Shown one piece after another: positions 24,001 to 40,674 of a stretch of 64,000 bases of DNA; positions within the stretch are counted from its first letter, which is position 1; each line of letters starts with the position of its first letter. Origin of the DNA: the human T2T-CHM13v2.0 reference genome, Homo sapiens. The position numbers and the translations under genes were made by a program. Location: NCBI RefSeq assembly GCF_009914755.1, contig NC_060944.1, one strand, 5' to 3'. The notes beneath the pieces were generated by a model that ran no database searches, was not told where the DNA came from, and saw only the letters and a program-made list of their open reading frames with translations.

Positions 24001-24947
24001 ACAAGAATCACAAACATCTGTCAAAATGTGACTGAATATGGGGCCCTAAATATGTAAATTAAACACGTAACAAGCCACAGAGCATGGGTGGCAGCCTGCC
24101 TATGTGCACTGTCTACACAAATAGGCTTACTCAAATGGGAAAAGCATGAGATGGCAGCGAGCTCATTGGCAAAGTGACATCTTGAAAGTGATTATGCAAG
24201 AATACCTGGACATCCGGCCTGTCACATCCTCATCACCACAGCAACAAGAGCTGAACTTTCTCAGGCGCCTAACATGTGCCTCACACGTGCCATCTCATGT
24301 AATGGGGCAGGATGGAGTCACAGAGCCAGGGACATGATTGATTCTAACAGGCAGTGTGATCAGGTTCTAGGCTTGCTCCCCCAGTCCAGGTGGGCAGTGG
24401 AATCCACAGTGGGACATTCACAGGGACATAGCAAGAGCAGCTGCTCTGGAGGAAGTGAAGAGGCCAGCGTCCCTGGTCCAAGGCAAGTCAGGAATCAAGG
24501 AAACAGAAGGAAGAGGGTTTCTCAGGTGTGCAGGGGAGGAGCTGTCCGTGCGTAGGTTCCTGTTCATGTTCAGCTTCTGCAATTGCAAGGCACTCCTGAC
24601 TTTCCTGGGTGGCACACAGTTTTTTGTGACCTATTAGCAATGAAGTGGAGGAAAGCAAAATTGGAGGTAGACCCTGGGTTACTAGCACTGGCTATGCCTC
24701 AAGTTTACTTTTGTGACCTCAGGCAAAAGCTTCGTGGTGCATTTGGAATCAACTACTCTTTCCCTGAATTTATAGATAGGGAGGCTGTGTGTGAGCAGTC
24801 ATTGGCTTCTCTTCTAATGTCTTGTGAATCGTGTCATCACAGATTGGTGTGGATGGAGACCTAGCAATGAGCACTTGCAAAGGGTGTCATGAAGAACCAA
24901 GAGCTCAGCCTTGCTCTGTGATAACTACTAACTTCACTTTTTCACTC

Positions 24948-25034
24948 TTATTTTTTATTTCAATAGAGACAGGTTATTGCTATGTTGCCCAGTTGGTCTT
25001 AAACTCCTAGGCTCAAGCTATCCTCCTGCCTCGG
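24948..25034 (-). mobile_element. FLAM / AluJ left-monomer fragment
   Basis: TAGAGACAGG..TTGCTATGTTGCCCAG.TGGTCTTAAACTCCTAGGCTCAAGCTATCCTCCTGCCTCGG. Confidence 0.85.
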
Positions 25035-25255
25035 TTCATTTTGCACTTCATGAGTCAGGACCTTGACTTTAAGTTGTAACTTCAGGTGCACAATAAAGTG
25101 AAGTTGAAAAGACTGAGCAAATGATGAATGAGAGAAAAGATCCACTATGTGGATCCTGGTTTTCATTCTTATCAACCACAGTTGCTGAAAGGAAGCATCG
25201 GTAGAGTTCTCGACAGACAGGGATGTTCTTCCAGACGTGAGTTCAGAAAGGACAG

Positions 25256-25718
25256 TGTTGTGGGTTGAATGCTATCCTCCTCAAAAAAGGCGTTGAATCT
25301 TGACCCTCCAGAACCTCAGAATTTGATCTTATTTGGAAATGGGGTCTTTACACAGGTAATTAAATTAAAATGAGATCATTAGGGTGTGTCCTAACCCAGT
25401 ATGCTGTTGTCCTTTTAAAAAGGGGAAATTTGGGTACAGAGACACACAGGGAAGATGTCATGAAGACACACAGGGAGAAGGTGGCCATGTGACTAGAGTG
25501 ATCGGTTTACAAAACAAAGAATGCCAATGTTTGCCAGCAAACATCAGAAGTTGGAAGAGGAAAGGAAGAGTCCTACCCTAGAGTTGTCAGAGAAAGTGTG
25601 ACCCTGCCAGCACCCTATGGGACTTCTGGCCTCTGGAACTGTGAGGGACTACATTTCCACAGTGTTAAGCCTCCTGGTTTTTGATACTTAGTTAAAGTGG
25701 CCCTAGGAAAGTCATACA
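25256..25718 (+). mobile_element. MLT1C-type MaLR solo LTR
   Basis: TGTTGTGGGTTGAAT start, TTATTTGGAAATGGGGTCTTT, GGACTTCTGGCCTCTGGAACTGTGAG, GCCCTAGGAAAGTCATACA end (TG...CA). Confidence 0.9.
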
Positions 25719-26164
25719 GAGGGTCTCCCCGGGGGCCTTCACCCACTCAGAGCTCTATGCCTGTGAACTTGGGACAGTGGTGAGCACTGGGAGCAGCCTC
25801 ATGGGAACGAAGATGCTACAGAAGGCAGCCTCGGGTGCATCTTTCTGTGGCAAGCACAGCCTGAGATGGAACTGCCCGGGTACAGTGCAGGGCTTGGGGA
25901 CCTCTTGAGGGGACAGGAGCACCTTGGGCCTCTTTGGCACCAGAGGGTGCACCCATCCTCTCCCCAGCAGGCTGCTTGCTGAGTCAAGCCCACAACCTGA
26001 TATCATGTACTCAGGGAATGAGCATTCCCATGTTTGGTTGATGCCATTTCATTTATTATACTTTAGGGAGGCTTCCTAAAACACTGCACAGGACTCATGT
26101 TTACATATACGTACTTACACACAGAAAGTATTTTGGGGTAGAAATACCTTTGAATGAGAGCCAG

Positions 26165-26310
26165 CTTCTACTCCAGTACTGGTCAGTCCCTTACAAGCCG
26201 TGTTACCACAGGGAAGGAACTTGAGGTCTTTGGGCAGTTTCCTCACTCGTAAGTGGGAGAAATAACCTCTCAAGTTTGGTTTGAGATTTAAAACAAATTG
26301 TGCATATAAC
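26165..26310 (+). mobile_element. MIR
   Basis: CAGTTTCCTCACTCGTAAGTGGGAG...TTGAGATTTAAA. Confidence 0.55.
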
Positions 26311-28199
26311 ACCAGCATTGCAGTTTTTAAAGGAAGCAGACCTGTGTGATATAATTGTAAGTAAGATCTTGAGATTCAAGTGGCAAAATATTTGACTGTC
26401 ATAAAATTCTATTACCTCTCTAAGAAATGTAAGCCATAGAGTTGGAGGATTAGTGAGATTTATGTGACAGCACTTGGCAAACCATGATGTAAAGAAACAT
26501 GAATGTGTCTCTGTGTAACCACTATACTAGCATAACTTGCAATATTCTCAATTTCACTAACACCTATCCACTAAAAATTTGATTTCAAAGCAAAAAGACA
26601 CACTTTGCCAGTTGGAAGACAGTCTATGTGTGGGGATTTGGGGGACTACATAGTATATATTATGTGATTCTTGAAGTTGTGTGGTTATTTATTTATTTAT
26701 TTTTGCTTAACCTTGTGTAATCATGTGCAATTTAAGAGATTTCAGATAAATTTGGTTTTTCACATTAAACTCTAATTAGGTTAGGATTGATAAGCATTTA
26801 GCAGTCTCAGCTCTTTCCAGGATTTTAATTTCCTTTAGCATTTATATGGTGCCTATCAAATAAAGTACACTTGACATCTAGGCTTGTAAAAGAGAAGCTC
26901 ATTTACTGGCATTCTGTGCTTTAAACACACACGCGCACATTAATAATGGCAGAATCTCCCAATCACCTCTTCTTCCCTTCAGTCATAGGGCGTGGATACT
27001 GGACCAGCAGCTGTAATTGCATGAGCTCTTTGTAGACCAATAAAGCCATAGCCACTGTGTGCATTTATCTAGAGAGGTACAATGAACACGGCTGGGCCTT
27101 AGCTGGTGTTGTGTAGGATGTGTTGATTATTCCAAGGACAATGTCCTGATTTTGCCCTGGGAACGTAGGATTGTAGAGCCCTGCTACAGAATGTAGGGGA
27201 TTTAGATGCGGTTCACATTCAACCATTGCCCAGTTTGTGCCTCACTTCTTATTAGATGCCTTCTGGAATACCCACCTGGGGAATTTCTTTGTTCTTCAGA
27301 TTTTCTAACAGGGAGGGGGCCAGTCTGCTTCTCTGTGCCATGTTCTTACCTCACACTGTCCCAAACACATTCCCCAAAGGACACTTTAACCCCCATTAGG
27401 TATTGTCACCATAGAGTTTTAACTGCCTCCCTCTTCCTCACATGAATTTCCCATTCCACTCACTTTTGACAGGAGTCCACGCAACTATGTGCAGGCATTT
27501 ATAATTCTGGTAGGAAAAGGACACCAATGCAGGACACAGGGGATATAAACAGAACAGTATATGTAGGAGAGAAAATATTTTCTAAGTACCACTTGAATGT
27601 AGAAGCATGAATCAATCACACACTAAGGATGAAGGATGCAGAGATACCACATCTCTGCATTTTTTCTAAATCGAATGAAAGCTAATTTTACTCTAATATG
27701 TTCATTTTGCTCTCTGAGGTTGTTCATGAGCATCAGGAATTCAGGGCCCTATAAGGGGCATGAGTTCATGGTTGTCATGGTGACAATTGCTGACAGCATC
27801 TCCTTCCCTTTAGACATAATCACGGCCTTGAAAGTGGGTACTGCTGCACCTACTCCTGCCGAAGTCCAGCAGGAGTGGCTCATGCTCTCTGACCCCATCC
27901 TGACCACAAGGAAGTCTGGAGTGTTCCCAAGATAGTGGCTTTTCCCAGTCCTCACCTGCCCGTGAAGCCATCTCCCCTTCAGGCCGTAGTACATTGACCT
28001 TCTTCACCTTCAATAGCACAAACATTCCATTTCTGCTTGAGCCAACCCAGCTTTATTCTCCAAGGGCCCATGAGCCTGCTGAGATAGCTAAAAGTTGTTA
28101 ACCTCTTGTTGCTTGCAGAGACTGAGCCTTAGGTATAGACTGTGGTGGGTGGGAATAATTCCATTCTAAGTGGTCTTCAAGGAACAAAACAAACCCAAG

Positions 28200-31100
28200 T
28201 GAAGGACTTCTGGATTCAGCTGCAACATGCAAAGAGCTTGGAAATCACCACTCCCACCCTTATAACAAGAGAAGGCTGAACACACCGAAAATCAACAGTG
28301 CTTCTTTGACCCATTAAAGAATTGAGGTCACAGGGCAAACCCTCCACCCTGAAATGTGAAGAGGGAGGCACACCCAGGAAGTCACAGCCAAGATATGCTT
28401 ACCCGAAGCAGAAGCTGCTGGAGTAGTAAGCTAGGAGGACACTTAAGTGGTCATTTTGATTGGTTGCTGGAGGCTGAGTGTGACTAGACTAGACTAGAGT
28501 AAGAAGCTCCTGGGGGCCACAGACTTAGGGGATCCCTATACTTTCACGGGTTTTACCTCCAGGGGCCCCACCACTTGAGTGAAAAGCCAAGAAAAACCCA
28601 CTTGTTTCTGACAGGAAGTAGGGAAAGTAAGCATTGAAAATACACCTACAGATAGAGGCTTCTCCCTAACAAAGACCAACACAGCAGAGGGAAATTCTTT
28701 ACCAGAGCAGCATATAACCTCAGGGGGAGGGAAGTTTTCCAGTTCCAGCCCCCTTCAGCATGTCTCATCTAAGTGGGGAAGAGGAAACACTAAGAAGCCC
28801 ATATGAAGTCACATCCAGGGCATAGGCCTAAAGGACTGAGATTTAATCATAAGATTATAAAACACTCCTCCTCCCCAATACTTTATCACCACACCAAAAG
28901 AGCTCTATTGCAATAACAGTGGCTTATAGTTGAAATGCTGCAAAGTATAAACTGTATTTAAAAACAAGTTCTTAGGGAAGCCCAAAGATAAGAGAAAAGG
29001 TATTGGGTAGTGATAGTATAAGGATATCCATAATAAATAACAGCAACCTTATAATGGACAAGAGGAGGACACTGGGGTTACTCTATTATATGGTGCACTA
29101 CATGTGAAATGATATGGTGTTATTTGAAAGTGGATTTAGATTGTGGTAAATGCATATTGCAAACTCTAAGGAAACTACTTAGAAAATCAAAAACAAAGAA
29201 AAAGTCTTAAAAAAAGCCGGAAGAAAAAGGATACCTTACATATAGAAAAACAAGGATCAGAATTACACTGGACTTCTCTTTAGAAACTGTGCAAGCAAGA
29301 AGAGAGTACAGTGAAATATTCAGAGTGTTGAAAGAAAAAATATCCACCAACCTAGAATTCTATATCCAACAAAATTATCCTTCAGCACGAAGGATAAATA
29401 CTTTCTCAGACAAATAAAAAATCAGAGAATGTCACTGATCATTAGAGAAATGCAAATCAAAAACACTATGAGATACCATCTCACATCAGTCAGAATGGCT
29501 ATTATTAAAAAGTAAAAAAATAACAGATGCTGGTGAGGTTGTGGAGCAAAGGGAATGCTTATACACCATTGGTGGAAGGTAAATTAGTTCAGCCACTGTG
29601 AAAAGCAGTATGAAGATTCCTCAAAGAGTTAAAAACAGAATTACCATTCGACCCAGCAATCCCATTACTGGGTATATACCCAGAGGAATATAAAGAATTC
29701 GACCATAAAGACATATGCACATGAATGTTCATGGTGGCACTGTTCACAATAGCAAAGATGTGGAATTAACCTAAATGCCCATCAATGACAGACTGGATTA
29801 AAAAAATGTGGTACATATATACCATGGTATACTATGCAGCCATGAAAAAGAATGAGGTCATGTCTTTTGTGAAATGTGGATGGACCTGGAGACCATTACC
29901 CTTGGCAAACTAATGAAGGAACAGACAACCAAATACTGCATGTTCTTACTTATAAGTGGAAGCTAAATGATGAGAACTCATGAACACAGAGAAGGAAACA
30001 ACAAACACTGGGATCTACTTGAAGATGGAGGGAGGGAGGAGGGAGAGGAACAGAAAAAATAACTGAAATGAAATAATCTGTACAACAAATCCCCAGGACA
30101 TAAGTTTATCTATATAACAAACCTTCACACATACCCCCAAACCTGAAATAAAAGTTAAAAAAAAAAATTAGAGGTTGTATCACTAGCAGACTTACTCTGC
30201 AAGAAAAGTTAAAACAATTTCTTTAGAGGAAAAAAATGACATAGTCAAATACTAAGATCTACGTAAAAAGGAGCATCAGAGAATGAATAAATCAAGATAA
30301 AACAAAATCATTTATTTTTCTTATTCTGAATCTTATTCTTATTTGTTCAAAGTAATACTAGCAACAATGTGTTGGGTAGTTATATAATATGGATAACTGA
30401 AATGAATAACAGCAACATTATAATGGACCAGAGGAGGAAATTAGGATTACTCTGTTATAAGGTGCCTGCACTACCTGTGAAGTGGTACAATTTTATTTCC
30501 AAGTGGATTTAGATTGTTGTAAATGTATATTACAAACTCCAAACAAATTACTTATAAAATTTTAAGAGAATTATAATTTGTATGCTAAAATAGAATTATT
30601 TAAAATCCTTAATCAAAACAAGAGAAAGAAAAATCTGAGGGAGAACTTTAAAAAGGAACCAAGAGCAAATGGAAGAATAGAAAGTAATTTTTAATTCAGA
30701 TATATCAATAATCAGTTTACATATGAGCATTCTACATACACCAATGAAAAGACAGAGACTCAGAATGAACTAAAAACCATGATTCAGATAAATAGTGTCT
30801 ACAGGAAACCTTTAAATATAAAGTCTCAGGTTTTAAGTGAAGAGACAGAGAAAGATATGTCATGCTACCTATAACATGTTATAAAGATATAACATGCTAA
30901 TCCAAAGAAAGTGGGAGTAGCTATAGTAATTTCAGGCAAAATAGACATAAGAGCAAGGAAGATTATCATGGACTAAAGAGAGTCATTGCCTAATGATAGA
31001 GGGATCAATTCTTCACAGATACATAAAAATCCTGCTATGCATGCTTCCAACAGGATACTAAGATATTCAAGGCAAAAGCTGATAGAACTACAAGGAGAAA

Positions 31101-31212
31101 TAGACAAATCCAGTATTATTAGTTGGAGACTTCAATAACTCTATCAGCAATAGACAGACTCAGAAGGCAGAAAATCAGTGAGGGCATAGTTGACCTGAAC
31201 AGCACCATCAGT
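28200..31212 (+). mobile_element. Ancient L1M (L1M4/L1MD-like) 5' UTR, ORF1 3' part, inter-ORF and ORF2 endonuclease remnant
   Basis: Collinear homology with the 47955-49810 element; ORF1-like CAACCTAGAATTCTATATCCAACAAAATTATCCTTC; EN-like GGAGACTTCAAT (GDFN). Confidence 0.75.
29433..30165 (+). mobile_element. 5'-truncated L1PA15/16-like element nested in the L1M ORF1
   Basis: ORF2 end plus 3' UTR GAAATAATCTGTACAACAAATCCCC...CCTGAAATAAAAGTT and poly(A); degenerate TSD AAAAAATCAGAGAATGT / AAAAAATTAGAGGTTGT. Confidence 0.9.
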
Positions 31213-33728
31213 TATACTCTGTGACCTTCTTTCTGCACAGGCAGGGTAAAGGAAGAGAACAGAGACTAGGACAGGGTTTCCTCATGGCCTTAACTGACTA
31301 ATTAGTAATGTTTACATTTAAAGAAGGTGAGAAGGAATGTCCCTAAACACAATAAAGACCCTATGTGACAGGCCCACAGCTAACATCATATTCAATGGCA
31401 AAGAGTTTAAGGGTTTTCATTTAAAATCAGGAATAAGATAAGGATGCTCACTCTCACCACCTTTATTCAATTGCCCTAGACAGAGCAATTGGCAATAATA
31501 ATAGCAATAATAGGCACCCAAACCAGAAAGAAAAAAGTAAAACTGTGTCTTCTCTGTTGGCAAGTGACATGATTCTAAATACAGAAAAGACTAAAGATGC
31601 CACCAAAAAAAAATCACATTAGAATTAATAAAAGAATTCAGTAAGTTGCAAGATAGGAGACAACATACAAAACTCAGTAGTGTTTCTATATACTAACAAT
31701 GAACTCTGAAGAAGAAATCAAGAAAACAATCCCATTTACAATAGCATTTGAAAAGCCTTAGGAATAAATTTAACCAAGGAGGGTTACACCTTGAAAACTT
31801 AAAACATTGATAAAAGAAGTTGAAGAAGATATACATAAATGGAAAGATATTCTTGTTTATGGATAGGAAAAATTAATATTGTTAAAATGTCCATGTTACC
31901 CTAAGCAATCTACAGATTCAATGCCATCCCTATCAAAAGGCCAATGACATTTTTCACAGAAATAGGAAACAATTATAAAATGTGTATAAAACCACAAAAG
32001 ACCCCAAATAGCCAAAGTAACTATGAGCAAGAATGAAGCTGAATGTATTACACTTTCTAATTTCAAATTATATAACAAAGCAATAGTAATCAAAAAGGCA
32101 TAGTACTGGCATAAAAACAGACACATAGACTAACAGAACAGAATAGAGAGCTGAGAAATAAACCCACACATTCATGGTCAACTAATCTTTGACAAGAATG
32201 GCAAGAATACACAATGGGGAATGGCTGATCTCATTAATAAATGATTTTAGGACAAGAAGATGTCCACATGCAGATTAATGACATTAGACCCTTATCTGAC
32301 ACCATGCACAAAAATCAACTCAAAATGTATTGAAGAATTAAACATAAAGCCTAAGATTCTAAAACTCATAGAAGAAAACAAAGGGAAAAGATCCTCAACA
32401 TTGGTTTGAGCAATAATTTTTTAGATTTGACACAAAAAGCACAGACAGAATAAGCAAAAATAGACCACTGGGACCACATCACACTAAAAAGCTTCTGCAC
32501 AGCAGAGGAAACAATCGACAAAACGAAAGGACAACCTATGTAATGGCAGAAAATATTTGCAAACCAGATATCTGATAAGGGATTAATATCCAAAATATAT
32601 AAGGAATTCATACAACTTAGTAACAAAAAAGATTTAAAAGTGGGCAAAGGACCTGAATAGACATTTTTTTCCCAAAGAAGAATACAAATGTTCAACATAT
32701 ATATGAAAAGATGCTCTACATCACTATCATCAGGGAAATGCAAATTAAAACCACAATGAGATACCACCTTATACTTATTAAGACGGTATTATCAAACTGT
32801 CAAAAGATAACAAGTGTTGGTAAAGATGCAGAGAAAAGGGAATCCTTGTGCACTATTGGCAGAAATGTAAATTGCTACAATCGCTATGGAAAACAGTATG
32901 AAGGTTTCTCAAAAAGTGAAAAATAGAACTACAATGTAACCCAACCATCCTACATTTGGGTAAATATCTTAAGGAAATAAATCACAATCTTAAAGAGATA
33001 TTTTACACTCATGTTCATTGCAGCATTATTCACTGTAGCTAAGCAGGAAAGAAGTGTCTGTCAACAAAGGAATGGATAAAGAAAATGTGGTATACATATA
33101 TAAAGAAATATTACTCAGCCTTGGGGGAGGGACGTCTGCCATTTCTGAGACTTGAGTAGGTAAACAAAGCAGCCAGGGAAGCTCGAACTGGGTGGAACCC
33201 ACCACAGCTCAAGTCCTGCCTGCCTCTGTAGATTCCACCACTAGGGGCAGGGCATAGCTGCAGAAATCTCTGCAGACTTAAATGTCCCTGTCTGACAGCT
33301 CTGAAGAGAGTGGTGGTTCTCCCAGCATGGTGTTTGAGCTCTGAAAATGGACAGACTGCCTCCTCAAGTGGGTCCCTGACCCCCCTGTAACCTAACTGGG
33401 AGACACCTCCCAGTATGGGCTGACTGACACCTCATACAGCCAGGTGCTCCTCTGGGACTAAGCTTCCAGAGGAAGGATCAGGCAGCAATATTTGCTGTTC
33501 TGCAATATTTGCTGTTCTGCAGCCTCCACTGGTGATACTCAGGCAAATAGGGTCTGGAGTAGACTTCCAGCAAACTCCAACGGACCTGCAGCTGAGGGAC
33601 CTGACTGTTAGAAGGAAAACCAACAAACAGAAAGGAATATCATCAACATCAACAAAAAGGACATCCACACCAAAACCCCATCTGTAGGTCACCAGCATCA
33701 AAGACCAAAGGTAGATAAAACCACAAAG

Positions 33729-34753
33729 ATGGGTAGAAACCAGAGCAGAAAAGCTGAAAATTCTAAAAACCAGAGGGTCTCTTCTCCTCCAAAGGTTCAC
33801 AGCTCCTCACCAGCAACGGAACAAAGCTGGACAGAGAATAACTTTGGCGAGTTGACAGAAGTAGGCTTCAGAAGGTCGGTAATAACAAACTTCTCTGAGT
33901 TAAAGGAGGATGTTCAAACCCACCGCAAGGAAGCTAAAAACCTTGAAAAAAGATTAGATGAACAGCTAACTAGAATAACCAGTGTAGAGAAGACCTTAAA
34001 TGACCTGATGGAGCTGAAAACCATGGCATGAGAACTATGTGATGCACGCACAAACTTCAATAGCCAATTCGATCAAGTGGAAGAAAGGGTATCAGTGATT
34101 GAAGATCAAATTAATGAAATAAAGTGAGAAGAGAAGTTTAGGGAAAAAAGAGTAAAAAGAAATGAACAAAACCTCCAAGAAATATGGGACTATGTGAAAA
34201 GACCAAGTCTACATTTGATTGGTGTACTTGAAAGTGATGGGGACAATGGAATCAAGTTGGAAAACATGCTTCAGGATATTATTCAGGAGAGCTTCCCTAA
34301 TCTAGCAAGGCAGGCCAACAATCAAATTCAGGAAATACATAGAACACCACAAAGATACTTCTCGAGAAGAACAACCCAAGACACATAATTGTCAGATTCA
34401 CCAAGGTTGAAATGAAGGAAAAAATGTTAAGGGCAGCCAGAGAGAAAGGTTGGGTTACCCACAAAGGGAAGCCCATCAGACTAACAGCAGATCTCTTGGC
34501 AGAAACTCTACCAGCCAGAAGAGAGCGGGGACCAATATTCAACATTCTCAAAGAAAAGAATTTTCAACCCAGAATTTCATATCCAGCCAAACTAAGCTTC
34601 ACGAGTGAAGGGGAAATAAAATCCTTTACAGACAAACAAATGCTAAGAGATTTTGTCACCACCAGGCCTGCCTTACAAGAGCTCCTGAAGGAAGCACTAA
34701 ACGTGGAAAGGAACAACCGGTACCAGACACTGCAAAAACACGCCAAATTGTAA
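33729..34753 (+). pseudogene. L1 ORF1p, disrupted (stops/frameshifts)
   Basis: Fragments 33729-34031, 34194-34388 and 34412-34753 translate as ORF1p (NFQPRISYPAKLSF...QKHAKL). Confidence 0.93.
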
Positions 34754-34813
34754 AGACCATCAAGGCTAGGAAGAAACCGCATCAACTAACGGGCAAAATA
34801 ACCAGCTAACATC

Positions 34814-38226
<3,413 letters not shown>

Positions 38227-38635
38227 ACCCTTTTACACTGTTGGATGAAGCTGGAGAATATTATGCTAAGTGAAATAGGCAAGACACAGAAAGACAAATA
38301 CTGCATGATTTCACTTGTATTAATATATGGAATCTTTTTTTTATAAAGTCAAATTCATATTAACAGAGTAAAATGGAGGCTATCAGGGGCAGTGGGTGGG
38401 GAAAAAGGGGAGATAATTGGTCAAAAGATAACAAATTTTCAGTAACAAGATGAACATGTTCTGGAGCCCTAATGTACAGCATTCGTGACTACAGTTAATA
38501 GGACTGGATTGTATAATTGAAATTGCTAAGAGAGTAGATCTTAAATGTTCACAGTACATAGACACACACACACATGTAAGTATGTGAGGCTATGGATACA
38601 TTAATTAGCTTGTGTGGTAATCATTTCATACTCCA

Positions 38636-39090
38636 TGCGACATACTCCATGATTCCATTTATACGACATTCATGAAGTAAAACGATAAAAATGGAGAATG
38701 GGTTGGTTGTTGTCTGGGGTTGGGGTGGGAGGGAGAGTGTAGGAACACCTATAAGGGGGTGGCACAAGGAGGGAGCCTGGTGTAGGGGTATCTTGATTGT
38801 GTTGGTGGTTACATTCAGCTGCACATGTGATGAAACTGCAAATTGCTACACACAGTCACAATACATACACACACAACACATACACATACACAAAAATAAG
38901 TGCATATAAAACCAGTAAAATCTGAACAAGCTCTATAGACTGTACAAATGTCGATTCCTGCAGTTAATTTTGCACTATGGATGCTTAAGTTGTTACTACT
39001 AGAGGGCTGGGGAAGAATGTGTGGGACTACCCTAGTACATTTCCTTGCACCTTCCTATGTATCTATATTTGTTTCAAAATAAGACTTAAA
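38636..39090 (+). mobile_element. L1MD-type 3' UTR
   Basis: ATGATTCCATTTATACGACATTC...TATCTTGATTGTGTTGGTGGTTACA...CA-rich tract...AAATCTGAACAAGCTCT...TTTCAAAATAA. Confidence 0.75.
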
Positions 39091-39529
39091 AAATAATTTT
39101 ATAAAATATAAGTGTGAAAGAAGAGCAGTAACCGGACATTAATATTTTAGATAATATGTGACTTTAAACATGTATCTGTAATGCAATTAATGAACAAAAT
39201 ATTACAAGTGTACCTTTGACTATTTTATTCACATATACCAAATTAGTGTGGTTTTCAAAACATCTTTTAAAAATATCTTCTCACTAGGAAAATGGGGATT
39301 GCCTGACATTTGAGATTGCATTACATCTGTACCTAAATAATTAGGTTCCTCCTTGGTGCCCATAGCACCCTGGGCATAATCCTATCAACACACTCACAAA
39401 TACCTGTTTGTGGGCTTCTCTTTTCACCAGTTGCTAAGTTTCTTGGTGTCAGAATAATAGCATGGGTGAGGGTAGAGCTGGGTTTGTTCATTTCTTCCTT
39501 TGTTCTTTCTCTTGTTCATCCTTTTGCCC

Positions 39530-40030
39530 ACCCATTCATCAGTGTGTTAATTCACTCATTCTTTCAACAAACACTGAGACCTAGGACTAGGCACTAGGCA
39601 TTGAGTGCTGGGTGCTGAGTGCACACTCAGTAATCCAGGGAGACAAGATGCATGCCCTTTGGAGTTTACATCCCTGTGAAAGAGCTAAAAAAATAAAATA
39701 AAAACACCAATCACAAAAGTAGATAAGCTAATGAAGAAAATAATTGAAAATTGTGATTATCATTCGGCAAGTAGAAATAAGAACTAAGATAAGGGAGAGC
39801 GACAGAGTTGGGGGCAGAGACTCCTTTCGGTCAGATGGTCCAGGAAAACCTCTCTGTGTTTGGCATGTTTAGGCTGAGTCCAGGAGATTGAGAAGGGTTA
39901 GCAGTACGAAGAGCAGAATGACATTCCAGGCAGAGGGAGCAGTGCGTACAAAGGCCCTGGGGTAGGGAACGGTCGAGTATGCTCAGGGAGTCAGTGAAGG
40001 CCAATGTGCAGGGGACTGGTGGCCAGGGTT
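39530..40030 (-). mobile_element. L2
   Basis: CATTCTTTCAACAAACACTGAG tail; ACATTCCAGGCAGAGGGAGCAGTGCGTACAAAGGCCCTGGGG. Confidence 0.8.
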
Positions 40031-40674
40031 TAAGTCCCAGGGGCAGAGGTGGAGAAGTCTGAACTCACACCTTCAGCTCTAGATGCTATTGCAGGGTGAA
40101 GCATCTCTGAGGCTCTTGCTGTGTTAATTCTTATAGGATACCTATCTGTTTATTTTCAAAGCCACATCCTGAATTTTGAGAAAAATAAAAGAACATTTTA
40201 AGGCTCAGAATCCAACCTGCTGAGAGTATGTGTTCAACTCTGGACTTTCTCAGAGCCTGTGGTTCTCTTTGGCCTAGGTCAGGATTGAAACACGGAGAAT
40301 CATGTTAACAATGGTTCCTAAGTTGCCATATCCACTCTCAGTGGCTATGGGAGCTAGGGGTACTCTCCTCCTGCATGACAGCTCAAACCCCCTTACAACT
40401 GCTGCCCTCACTTTTCAACTCCTTGGCCAAAGAGGGTCACAAGGCAAAGACAGTGGTGGACATGGGGTTGGTGGGGAGAGCCTTTCCATGCCCTGCACCC
40501 ATGCTGGGGCTCCCTGGGGGCTGCTGGGTATTTGGTGCACTGGCTGGTGTCCTCTGTGTACTAATCCACTTTCAGACAGTCTTTCTTATTTTGCATGTCA
40601 TTGTTGTGCCTGTGGAGGGAGTGGTGGGGAGAAGCATGTGGCCTCAGGAGGGGCTTGCATCAGTCCTGCAAGTC

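Noticed and set aside
33483-33521. Tandem GCAATATTTGCTGTTCT x2 in the L1 5' UTR
   Set aside because: As recalled, a near-duplication exists at this position in L1PA5/6-era consensi, so it is not locus-specific
38716-38733. G-quadruplex motif GGGGTTGGGGTGGGAGGG (also the C-rich run at ~51035-51057)
   Set aside because: Ordinary G-rich tracts of L1 3' UTRs
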